DNA of 64,000 nucleotides from an uncultured delta proteobacterium (lineage in GTDB: Bacteria > Myxococcota_A > Polyangia > Polyangiales > Polyangiaceae). The position numbers were made by a program, and so were the translations under genes. A model generated the notes under the pieces. The model did no database searches, was not told the origin of the DNA, and saw nothing but the letters and a program-made list of their open reading frames with translations. Shown here in pieces: positions 44,056-52,482 of this stretch. Numbering within the stretch: position 1 is the first letter of the stretch; every line of letters starts with the position of its first letter. The stretch is from assembly GCA_963782055.1 (NCBI GenBank), contig CAWAIF010000003.1, positions 5,216,001 through 5,280,000 on the forward strand, written 5' to 3'.

Positions 44056-45500
44056 CATGCCCGATCTCTTAAGCACCGATCGCCCCAAGTTTGAGGGCGA
44101 TTCGTTTCCTGGAGCGTGAAGGTTGTCGTTCGCGTGCCAGAGCGACGAGTGCCGCGCCCACGGTGGTCACGACGGCAGTCCACGCGGCGGTGCTCAGGGA
44201 GACGAGGGCGTCGACCAGGTCCCGCGCGTAGGCGCGCACGACGTGCAACGTCGCCAGGGGGCGCAGTTGCTCGAGAGGGACGTCGCGCGCGAGTGCAGCC
44301 TGGATCCTGACCGAGCGCACGAGCGCGTGGGCGAGCATCGCGCCGTAGGTGAGCGCCTTGATCGCGTGGGGATCGGCGGTGAAGGAGCGGCCGAGGTCGG
44401 CGGTCTGCTTCAGCTCGCGAAAGAGCAGCTCGATCAGCCAGCGGAGTCGGTAGGTCTGGATGATCTGCCGTGGCGAGAGCACGCTGCGCGGCACGGTGGT
44501 CAGGTACCAGCGGATGACGGTCGACTTGTGCGCGAGTCCCACGAGCCGCAATGCGACGGTGTCCTTGCCCTTGCCCCACGTCACGTCGAGGTCGAAGATC
44601 GTCCCGCGCTTGCGCGACACGCTCTGCAGGTAGTAGCCAAGCGACCAGTTGTGGAGCGGGGTGTGGCCGTTCTCCGAGATGTGCGCGGTCACGCGTACCT
44701 TCGCCGTGGTCTTGAGGCGCATCAGCACGTGCGCGCCGGCAGCCTTCGCCTGGGTGAACAGAGCGCGCTCGAAAAAGCCGAGGTCGAAGAGGTAGAGCAC
44801 CCCGCGCGTGAAGCTCGGGACCAGCTTCCGCCACAGCGGCGTCTCCGACGCGGTCTCCGCGTCGGAGACGCCGTGCTCGAGCAGGCCGGTCTTGATGCTG
44901 TAGCCCATCACCCACTTGGTGCCGGCCTTGCCCTTGGTGCATCCCGGCAGCAGCTCGCGCCCGCGCGGTGGCACGCGCTGCCCCGTACCGTCGTAGACCC
45001 GCACGTCCTCGAAGCGGGCGAGCGGCCCGCTCAGCTCCAGGCCCGCCGCCTTCGTCACCGACGCCACGAGGTGCTCGAGCGCCGCGCGGAAGAACGCCGC
45101 CGCCGACTCCTGCTTGAACCGCTTCTGGAACGGGCACGGGCGCATGAAGCCGAAGCGCCTCACGAAGATCGCCCGCAGCGACTCGAACGACAGCGTCTGG
45201 CCCGCGAGGAACCCCTCGACGACCGTGAGCACCAGGCGGAACGCGGTGGCGCGCCGCTGCCGCGGGTTGTAGCCGGTGCGGCCCCGAAGCTCGTCGATGA
45301 CCGCCGGCGTGAAGGTCCGCTGCAGCTGCTCCTCCACCGCGCTCGCCTCTTCGCTCGGGTCTGGACGGCTGCTCGTGGCTCGGGTAGCTCTCGTCGTCAT
45401 CGGGCGTCCTCTCCTTGTTGGTGTCGCAACCGAACAACGAGAAAGGCGCCCGATTTATTTCCATCATTCCGCCACGTTATGTCCAAAGGATCTGGCCATG
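44056..45500 (-). mobile_element. IS4-family-like insertion sequence (1445 bp)
   Basis: 10-bp TSD CCCCCGCTCG at 44046-44055 and 45501-45510; imperfect IRs CATGCCCGATCTCTT / AAGGATCTGGCCATG; empty site at 11307-11316. Confidence 0.93.
44069..45400 (-). CDS. IS4-family DDE transposase
   Basis: YDGT, FDLGF and YRLRWLIELLFRELKQ (YREK signature). Confidence 0.9.
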   Translation of the reverse strand: MTTRATRATSSRPDPSEEASAVEEQLQRTFTPAVIDELRGRTGYNPRQRRATAFRLVLTVVEGFLAGQTLSFESLRAIFVRRFGFMRPCPFQKRFKQESAAAFFRAALEHLVASVTKAAGLELSGPLARFEDVRVYDGTGQRVPPRGRELLPGCTKGKAGTKWVMGYSIKTGLLEHGVSDAETASETPLWRKLVPSFTRGVLYLFDLGFFERALFTQAKAAGAHVLMRLKTTAKVRVTAHISENGHTPLHNWSLGYYLQSVSRKRGTIFDLDVTWGKGKDTVALRLVGLAHKSTVIRWYLTTVPRSVLSPRQIIQTYRLRWLIELLFRELKQTADLGRSFTADPHAIKALTYGAMLAHALVRSVRIQAALARDVPLEQLRPLATLHVVRAYARDLVDALVSLSTAAWTAVVTTVGAALVALARERQPSRSRKRIALKLGAIGA

Positions 45501-46083
45501 CCCCCGCTCGTCGAGTTCGGCCGCCTGCTTATCGTCTCGACTGACGACAATACCTTGTAGATAAAGCGATCCCGCCGCCGTACAACTCCCTGCGACGCCG
45601 CGGGAGCATTCCAACTGGAGAATGGTGAGGGAAGGGGCGCGCGGGCCGCGCGCCGCGGTGCTAGCAGTTCCCCTGCAGCATCCAGACGCATCGGGGTTCT
45701 CGCCGGACCGACAGAGCGAGCTACATGTCACCGCCTGTCCCTGAGCGGCTGAAGCACCGAGCAACGGAAGGAGAAATGCCAGGGGCCAAAGGGGAGGGGA
45801 ACAGCGCATTCTCACATGATAGCTCAGGCGCGCTCACGGGCAAAGGGCGTCCGGTGGCCTCCGTAGGGCTCGTTAGGCTCCCAGTCGCGGTTGACACCCG
45901 CTCCAGTCGGAGCCCACGGAAGGCTGCAGGCTCCGCCCGCACGCAGATGTCGGCAGATGTTCACTGCTGTCGCACCGGGCGGCCTCGCGAAGGGGGTGCG
46001 TGGTGGCGGGGCGGGCCACTCGAACGCTCGAACGCCTGAACTTCCGGCACGTTGCGAGTTTGCGAGGTCGCGACGCCCATCGA

Positions 46084-47841
46084 TCAGCTCCTCCTGGTTA
46101 TTGGTCCGATCCTAGACACGTAGCCAACCCTCATGGTTTCCGCGGCTCCGTAGGAGCGGCGTGCCCCGTACGAGTGAGGATTTCCGGGAGCGCTCCCCTC
46201 GGGGTTCGGCTTGTACCCGCCGCTCCGTAGGCCCCTGCTTTCCGGGTTGGCGAGCTCCGCGGGACGGTAGTGTGGGTTGTTCCCCCCCCACTCGGAGTCT
46301 CCATCGCCACCCGTCCCAAGGAGTCTCGCGATTGGATCCAGGCCCTGGAAGCCTCCCCATCTCACGGCCGGTGGGTCGGGGACACCAGACGGCGTGGTGC
46401 TGCCACCGTGGGGGCTGAAACGGAAACCGGGCGTGAACGCTGGGCTCTCGCCGCCTCCATCGTCCGCGGGGTTTGGTGTGGAACCGCCACTGTCATGGTG
46501 GGGGACGCGATCTCCAGCCTCGTGCCCGTTCTCTGTGATGGTACCCGTGTCGCCGACCGTCCCGCCCGGGAATAGATCGCGGTAGTTGTTGTCCTCCGGA
46601 TCCGTGGACCCCTGTCCGCCAATGCCTTGGTACGTTTCGGGGTCACTATTATCGCCCGATGGTCCCGGCGGTTCGGGGCTTGGGCTGACGGCGCCCGCGC
46701 TGGAGGCTCCAGAATCGCCGGGCTCCGGAGCCCCGCCGGTCGGCCCCTTGCCGGCCCCACTGGTGCCACCTCCACCACCTCCCCCCCCCGCCCGAGTATC
46801 ACCTTCGTCGTGGCCGTGGAGGCCCCAAGTGTCGCCTGGATCGCTGCCACCCGGCTGCCCGCCTTGACTGCCGCCTCCCGACCCTGGCGACCCGCGGGGA
46901 GCGCCTCCACTCGTAGGAGATGTTCGTTGGTGGGTCGTCCCTCCCGGCGCGCCCACTCCGAACGAGGTCCCTAGGTCGGGCAGTCCGGGAGCCCCAAGCC
47001 CCTTGAGGCCTGGTTCGCCTTGGCTCGTGACCCCGCCGCCGAGAATGTCGCCCAGTTGTGGACCGCCGCCGTGAAGGCCGCCCCAGCCCGGCTGTGGGCC
47101 CCCGCCGTGGAGGTCGCCCCAGCCAACACCGCCAACGTCGACGCCCTGCCGCGGCCGGGGCTTCATCACGCTCGGGCCGATCACCTGACCCACAAGACCA
47201 AGCCGCGGAGTGATCTCCGCCTGAGAGTGCGTCTGGCTTGGCGTCTGGCCACCATTGTTGGTTGGGCTCACACCGGGGTTAGGCTGATTCGGCTGCTTGC
47301 TACCCGGTGGTTTCGTGGGCGCGGGCAGATGCGGCGCTTGGCCGCCTCCGCCCGGGTTCGGTTGGCCCGTCACCCGCCCAAAGACGTCCTGAATCTCCTT
47401 AAGTACCTCAAATAGTCGTCCCGCTCCGTCTTCCACGTGGGCGACAAGAGTCTTCATCCTTCGGCGCAATGACTGCTCGGCCTTCAAGCGCGCGGGAGAC
47501 ATGTGGTGCACGTAACCTGGTAGCCCCGGTGCCTCCAGATTATTAAGCCAACCAACAACAACGTCAGGCCCGCCACCATAGCGCCGCCACAGATCTTCGG
47601 GCGTCGGTGTATACCATGATGGAAGGTCCCTCGCGGCGGCGTCGCGTTGGGCATCCGCCACAAGCTGACTTTGGTCCTGGTCGGCAGTGTGGAGCACCCC
47701 GACAACGGCTTCCAGATCCTCTCCCAGGTCAATCTCGGCAACCCCATCGAGCCACTTGATCACCTCCGGAAGGTCCGGGTTCTGCAGGCCAGGCACCGTC
47801 TTGAGCGTGCTCAGCAGATCTATGGCCAACACGTAGCGCAC
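46084..47841 (-). CDS. Hypothetical protein with a long Gly/Pro-rich low-complexity C-terminus (cargo 6)
   Basis: 585-aa ORF, helical-looking N-terminus, WGxLHGGGPQ repeated twice. Confidence 0.6.
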   Translation of the reverse strand: MRYVLAIDLLSTLKTVPGLQNPDLPEVIKWLDGVAEIDLGEDLEAVVGVLHTADQDQSQLVADAQRDAAARDLPSWYTPTPEDLWRRYGGGPDVVVGWLNNLEAPGLPGYVHHMSPARLKAEQSLRRRMKTLVAHVEDGAGRLFEVLKEIQDVFGRVTGQPNPGGGGQAPHLPAPTKPPGSKQPNQPNPGVSPTNNGGQTPSQTHSQAEITPRLGLVGQVIGPSVMKPRPRQGVDVGGVGWGDLHGGGPQPGWGGLHGGGPQLGDILGGGVTSQGEPGLKGLGAPGLPDLGTSFGVGAPGGTTHQRTSPTSGGAPRGSPGSGGGSQGGQPGGSDPGDTWGLHGHDEGDTRAGGGGGGGGTSGAGKGPTGGAPEPGDSGASSAGAVSPSPEPPGPSGDNSDPETYQGIGGQGSTDPEDNNYRDLFPGGTVGDTGTITENGHEAGDRVPHHDSGGSTPNPADDGGGESPAFTPGFRFSPHGGSTTPSGVPDPPAVRWGGFQGLDPIARLLGTGGDGDSEWGGNNPHYRPAELANPESRGLRSGGYKPNPEGSAPGNPHSYGARRSYGAAETMRVGYVSRIGPITRRS

Positions 47842-47903
47842 GACAAGACTTTTCCCTTGCGATGCCCGCAGAGCTACCAGCGCGTTCCAGAGTCGCTGGA
47901 GCG

Positions 47904-48003
47904 GCGCATAGGAAATCCTAGCGCGGTCGGGCGCGAAAGTTTACGGAATCCATCTTATGCGAAGTGGGGCCGTCCGGTGTCACTGGAAGGACGGACCAGG
48001 GTG
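47904..48003 (+). repeat. Array repeat R7 (intact, variant A)
   Basis: Full 100-mer. Confidence 0.98.
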
Positions 48004-48591
48004 GACCCGGAGCATGCGGGCGCCGCCGAGGTGGGCAGGCAGCTTGCCATCAACCTGGCGTTCGAAGGCGGTGGCAAAGCCCTTGAACCAGTGTTCGGCG
48101 GCATCGTCGGCGCGTTCGGCTGGGTCAAGAGGCTGATAACGGCCGGTGATGAGTTCGGCACGGCGGCCGGGCAGGGCCTGACACAAGGCGCAACGGAAGC
48201 CGCAGGGGGATTGAGCCTCAACAGCTCGAATGCTCTCGGTGGCGTCGAACGAGCTTCTCCGGAGCTGCTCGATGCCGTTGCGTCCAGGCGAACAGTACAA
48301 ATCGCTACGAAAGGGAGCGAGGAGCTCCGCTATCTGAACGCGATCGGCGCCGAAGCCAACGTCGGCGGGCCAACGATGACTGATGTCCTGCTCAGGCCAA
48401 ACCCTAGCAAGGCAGCTGTTCTCGAAGAGTTTCTTCACGGTACTCAGTATCGCCTCGGCATCATTCAGCGACTCGGAACCGCGGGCGCTGAGGCTCACGT
48501 AAAGAGCTTTATGATACGGCACGCTGTCATGCTAGGACTGGGAGCCGAGGATGTTGCGCGCCTTCGGGCGCTTATGGAGATGGGGCTATGA
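48001..48591 (+). CDS. 5'-truncated polymorphic toxin C-terminal domain (cargo 7)
   Basis: Ala/Gly-rich pre-toxin linker followed by LEEFLHGTQ; overlapping small gene downstream; possible GTG start supplied by the repeat. Confidence 0.6.
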   Translation: MDPEHAGAAEVGRQLAINLAFEGGGKALEPVFGGIVGAFGWVKRLITAGDEFGTAAGQGLTQGATEAAGGLSLNSSNALGGVERASPELLDAVASRRTVQIATKGSEELRYLNAIGAEANVGGPTMTDVLLRPNPSKAAVLEEFLHGTQYRLGIIQRLGTAGAEAHVKSFMIRHAVMLGLGAEDVARLRALMEMGL

Positions 48592-48860
48592 GAAGCCGAT
48601 TCACTATGCTCGTGCATGACTTCTTCCGCTTCGCTGACGGCAGTACGGTGTTCCTTGGGACCGTTGAACCGGAGCTACCGATTCTCGTGCCAGCAACTGC
48701 GGAGGTCTTCGTGGCCGGCCGCAGCATCGGTCACATCCACCTGGCCGAAGAGCGGATGCCTGGCCCGGCGTCCGGAGGGCGGAGATCGCTTGTCACACGA
48801 GACCCCATCGATCACGACAACTTGCGGATGGGAGTCTGCACTTTGATCTGCGAGACGTAG
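48588..48860 (+). CDS. Candidate immunity protein
   Basis: ATGA overlap with the toxin ORF. Confidence 0.6.
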   Translation: MRSRFTMLVHDFFRFADGSTVFLGTVEPELPILVPATAEVFVAGRSIGHIHLAEERMPGPASGGRRSLVTRDPIDHDNLRMGVCTLICET

Positions 48861-48896
48861 TGCCGCAGAGGCGACAGCAACAGCGCCAGGGCCGGT

Positions 48897-49162
48897 TGTA
48901 ATACCCCAGCGAGACTCCGGAGCCTCCTCGTCGATCCGTTAGGTCCAAAATCGCGCCCCCTGCGCCCACACGTCTCCCGTCCTCCCCTCACCCACACACC
49001 GCCATGTCAAGGACCGAGGCGCCGGACCGACTTCTTCTCCGGCGCCTGTCGCTACGAGAAGCGCCACCAGCGAAGCCGGCCGTCGAAGAGCACGAGCCGT
49101 CCGACGTGCCCGATGGCGACCTCGCGCCCGGCATGCACCTCCTCCGGCGTCCTGCCGCCGTA
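48897..49162. repeat. Inverted partial copy of the RHS-associated intergenic repeat
   Basis: TGTAATACCCC... is the reverse complement of GGGGTATTACA; truncated at R8. Confidence 0.8.
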
Positions 49163-49262
49163 GCGCATAGGAAATCCTAGCGCGGTCGGGCGCGAAAGTT
49201 TACGGAATCCATCTTATGCGAAGTGGGGCCGTCCGGTGTCACTGGAAGGACGGACCAGGGTG
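49163..49262 (+). repeat. Array repeat R8, the native oriIS-side end of the ISCR-like element
   Basis: Full 100-mer, 36 bp downstream of the transposase stop codon. Confidence 0.97.
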
Positions 49263-49298
49263 AGCACGCGCTAGTCGGACGGGCGCGCTGCCGCGTGG

Positions 49299-51020
49299 TC
49301 AGGCGGCGGGGGGGTCGTCTGCGGCGAGGTCGAGGAGGTCGGTCGGATCGCGGGCGCGGGCAGGTGCGGGGGCTTCGGCGGGGAGGTCGAGAGCGCGGAG
49401 GATGCGGACCACGGCGGCGTCGTCGGTGATGACGGCGAGGGGACGGAGGCGGCCCCCGCAGGTCGGGCACTGGAGCACGTCGATCTCGAAGGTGCGGCGG
49501 AGCAGGCGCGGCCAGTCGATGCGGGATGTCGCTGCGTAGAGAAGGCCGCGGCGAAGGCGCTCCCAGTGGCCCACGGCGACGACGTTGGGTGCGAGACGGC
49601 GCACGTGGAGGTCTGCGGCGGCCGCGGGTGCGGCGGGCTCGGGCGCCGGTGGCGGGACCGGGAGAGGGAGGGCGAGCTGGCCCGCGGGCGGCGCGCTCGT
49701 GGTGCTGGCCGCCCCCGCGGGATCGCGGCGCACGGGGTCGGGCCTCTCTGCCGCATGTGTGGTGTCGCGATGCTCCCGCCTCTCGATGGGCTGCCCGGGT
49801 TTCGCGGGGACGAGGGGTCGCGGAGGACGCGGACGCCCGCAGGACGGGGCGGACGGCTCACGCGGCCTGGGGACCACGAGCTTCCGCCACGACAATCGGG
49901 GGGCGAGGACACCGTGGTAGCGGACAAGTGGGTAGCGCGGCGGCGGGACGAGCGCGGCGACGCGGGCGAGGAGCTCCACCGGAGTGAGGATCATGTGCTT
50001 CGCCTTGCCCGCGCGCGGCTGCTTGACGCGGTAGGCGACGCGGCCGTCGCGCAGGAGGCGTAGGCGCGAGAGGGCGAGCGCGGGGCGCAGGGCGTAGCGG
50101 CAGAGGCGCTCGCGGGCGAGGTCGTCCCGGACGCGGACGCCGGCGTGGAGGTTGAAGCCGGTGTCCTCCACCGCGCGGTGAGCCATGGCGGGGGCGGCTG
50201 CGTCGTCGTCGTCGTCGTCGCCGGGGTCGATCGCGAGCTTCAGCACCTTCGGACGCTGCATCGCGAGAGCCACGCAGGCGTCGAGGGCGCTCGGCTCGAC
50301 GTCGAGGTCCACCGGATCCTCGGAGAGGTGACCGTGGCGGCGGAGCCACGCGATGGCGCGACGGCTGACGGCGGTGACGAGCTGCTGCAGCTCGGCGCGG
50401 GTGGGCATCGGCAAGGGCACGAAGCCGAGGGAGCCGTCCGGCTCGCGCAGGAAGACGCCGTCCATGACGATGGTGTGGAAGTGGACGTTGAGGTTGAGGC
50501 TTCCCCCGAAGCGCTGGACGCAGGTGACCGCGCCGCTGGCGACCTGATCGAACCCCGCTGCGCGGGCGCGGCGGCGGTGGCTGGCGAAGATGGCGTCCGC
50601 GAAGATGCGCGCGAGCGCGCGGAGCACCACGGGGTCGAAGGCGGCGAGGCGGCGGAGCTCGTACGGAAGGGACAGGACGTACTGGCGGAGGGGGACGTCC
50701 GGGAGGACGCGGTCGACCAGGTGGGCGGCGGTGTTCGCCATGCGGCGTCCCGCGCAGCTCGGGCAGACGCCGCGGCCCTTGCAGGAGAACGCGACGAGCA
50801 GATCGTGGCCGCAGGCGTCGCAATGCGCGCGCAGGAAGCCGTGGCGAAAGACGCCGCACTTCAGGTAGCCGCGGAGATCCTGCTCGACGTAGCGGGGGAC
50901 GGGCTTGCTGTAGCTCTCGCGCGCCCAGCGGAGGAAGGTCTGCAGGCCGGCGCGGACGAGGCGGTAGAGCGGCGTCTCGGTAGGCTGCCGAGGCGCGTAC
51001 GGCGCGGCGAGGGACGACAC
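49299..51020 (-). CDS. ISCR/IS91-family rolling-circle (HUH, single Tyr) transposase
   Basis: CDAC...FSCKGRGVCPSC Zn domain, QRFGGSLNLNVHFH (HUH), RERLCRYALRP, LVRYHGVLAP; GTG start inferred. Confidence 0.9.
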   Translation of the reverse strand: MSSLAAPYAPRQPTETPLYRLVRAGLQTFLRWARESYSKPVPRYVEQDLRGYLKCGVFRHGFLRAHCDACGHDLLVAFSCKGRGVCPSCAGRRMANTAAHLVDRVLPDVPLRQYVLSLPYELRRLAAFDPVVLRALARIFADAIFASHRRRARAAGFDQVASGAVTCVQRFGGSLNLNVHFHTIVMDGVFLREPDGSLGFVPLPMPTRAELQQLVTAVSRRAIAWLRRHGHLSEDPVDLDVEPSALDACVALAMQRPKVLKLAIDPGDDDDDDAAAPAMAHRAVEDTGFNLHAGVRVRDDLARERLCRYALRPALALSRLRLLRDGRVAYRVKQPRAGKAKHMILTPVELLARVAALVPPPRYPLVRYHGVLAPRLSWRKLVVPRPREPSAPSCGRPRPPRPLVPAKPGQPIERREHRDTTHAAERPDPVRRDPAGAASTTSAPPAGQLALPLPVPPPAPEPAAPAAAADLHVRRLAPNVVAVGHWERLRRGLLYAATSRIDWPRLLRRTFEIDVLQCPTCGGRLRPLAVITDDAAVVRILRALDLPAEAPAPARARDPTDLLDLAADDPPAA

Positions 51021-51249
51021 CCGCCGTCCGTTGCGCGCCCCGTGCCAGCGCGCGCGGCCGCAAATTCGCCGCGCTCGAGGCGGGAGGGGGTGGCCCCGGA
51101 CAGTCAGGCCGGACACCCCGGACACCCGAGCCAAGCGAGGGGGCCCCTGAAGGGCGGCTCGGAGATCCGGACGAGCGCGGGTGCCTTCGAGCGGAGCCGT
51201 CGGTGCCGGCGGCGTGCTCCCCGCTCGCGGGCGGGTTAAGACTCCATCG

Positions 51250-52479
51250 ATGCCTCCTCCCAAGCGCCCTGCCCTTCGACCGGTCGAGACCATCGTCGTG
51301 CCCGACGAGAAGCACGGCAGAGTCCTGGTGCTGCGCGACACGCAAGGGGTCGCGAAGGGGCACGCGGTCCTGCCGCCGCAGCTCATCCCCATCGTCGCGC
51401 GCTTCACCGGGAGCCGCACCTGCGCCCAGATCGCGAAGGAGGCGGAGGGCGATCTGGGGATGGAGGTGCCCGTCGACGCCGTCGAGGACCTGGTGCGGCA
51501 GCTCGACGAGGCCCTCTTCCTGGTGGGCGACACCTTCGAGCGCGCGCTGGAGCAGGTGCGCGACGCCTTCGGGCGCGCGCCCGTGCGGGAGGCGTCGCAC
51601 GCCGGGGCCGCCTATCCCGGCGATCGCGTGGAGCTTGCAGAGTACATCGATCGCCGGTGCGTCGAGCGCGCCGCGCCGGACGCGCCGGCGGGGCGGATGG
51701 TGGGGCTGGTCTCCCCGCACATCGACCCGTGGCGCGGGGCGGTGGGCTACGGGCACGCGTACGGATCGCTCGCGGCCGCGCTCCCCGCGGACGTGGACAC
51801 CTTCGTCGTGCTGGGGACGTCGCACGCGCCCATGCAGGAGCCCTTCGCGCTGTGCCGCAAGGCGTACGACACGCCCTTCGGCCCGATGCCCGTGGACGAG
51901 GCGATGGTGGACGCCCTCGCCGGCGCGGCGGACTTCGACCCCTACCGCGACGTGCTCAACCACAAGCGCGAGCACTCCATCGAGTTCCAGGCGGTCTTCC
52001 TCAAGCACGTGCTGGGCGATCGCGAGGCGCGGGTGGTGCCCATCCTGGCGGGTCTCGGCGAGGAGCAGTCGCGCCGGAAAGATCCCCGCAAGACGAAGGC
52101 CGTGGCGAAGTTCCTGGACGCCCTGCGCGAGCTCGTCGCCAAGCGCGGTGACCGCGTCGTGGTGGTCGCCGGCGCGGATCTGGCGCACGTCGGGCCGCGC
52201 TTCGGCGACGCGAAGCCGCACGACGCCGAGCAGCGCCGCGCGCTGGAGAAGCGCGACCGCGCGTCACTCGATCTGGCGCTGGGCCGCGACGCGCGCGCCT
52301 TCTGGGAGCACGTCGCCGAAGACCTCGACCAGCGCCGCGTGTGCGGCCTCGCCCCCGTCTTCAGCCTGCTCGACGTCCTGCCCGAGGCGAAGCGCGGGTC
52401 GCTGCTGCACTACGAGCAGACGGTGGACGACGAGGACGGCTCGATCGTCAGCCACGCCGCCGTCGGCTTCTACCGCTGA
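51250..52479 (+). CDS. amrB: AmmeMemoRadiSam system protein B (MEMO1 family)
   Basis: HAGAAYP, SPHID, LGTSH, EHSIEFQ, ADLAHVG and VCG motifs. Confidence 0.88.
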   Translation: MPPPKRPALRPVETIVVPDEKHGRVLVLRDTQGVAKGHAVLPPQLIPIVARFTGSRTCAQIAKEAEGDLGMEVPVDAVEDLVRQLDEALFLVGDTFERALEQVRDAFGRAPVREASHAGAAYPGDRVELAEYIDRRCVERAAPDAPAGRMVGLVSPHIDPWRGAVGYGHAYGSLAAALPADVDTFVVLGTSHAPMQEPFALCRKAYDTPFGPMPVDEAMVDALAGAADFDPYRDVLNHKREHSIEFQAVFLKHVLGDREARVVPILAGLGEEQSRRKDPRKTKAVAKFLDALRELVAKRGDRVVVVAGADLAHVGPRFGDAKPHDAEQRRALEKRDRASLDLALGRDARAFWEHVAEDLDQRRVCGLAPVFSLLDVLPEAKRGSLLHYEQTVDDEDGSIVSHAAVGFYR

Positions 52480-52482
52480 TCG

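Larger units (their letters stand above)
42909..45815 (-). pseudogene. Sel1-like repeat gene disrupted by an IS
   Basis: Intact copy at 10170-11621. Confidence 0.9.
40707..46054. repeat. Duplicate of 7968-11860 plus an IS4-like insertion
   Basis: Constant offset 32739 before and 34194 after the IS; identical ORF translations. Confidence 0.95.

Noticed and set aside
42909..45467. 852-aa ORF as a novel fusion protein
   Set aside because: It is an off-frame read-through of the IS into the 3' part of the interrupted Sel1 gene
40707..46054. Assembly artefact explaining the duplication
   Set aside because: The copies differ in both endpoints, each end abuts a precise repeat, and one copy has an IS with a TSD; reads would still be the final test
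47647..48591. 314-aa ORF spanning R7
   Set aside because: Its N-terminus is antisense to 46084-47841 and crosses the repeat; only the part from 48001 looks coding
49197..49224. The true chromosomal dif site
   Set aside because: It is multi-copy with a degenerate XerD-like arm, and terminus position cannot be judged from this window; called dif-like only
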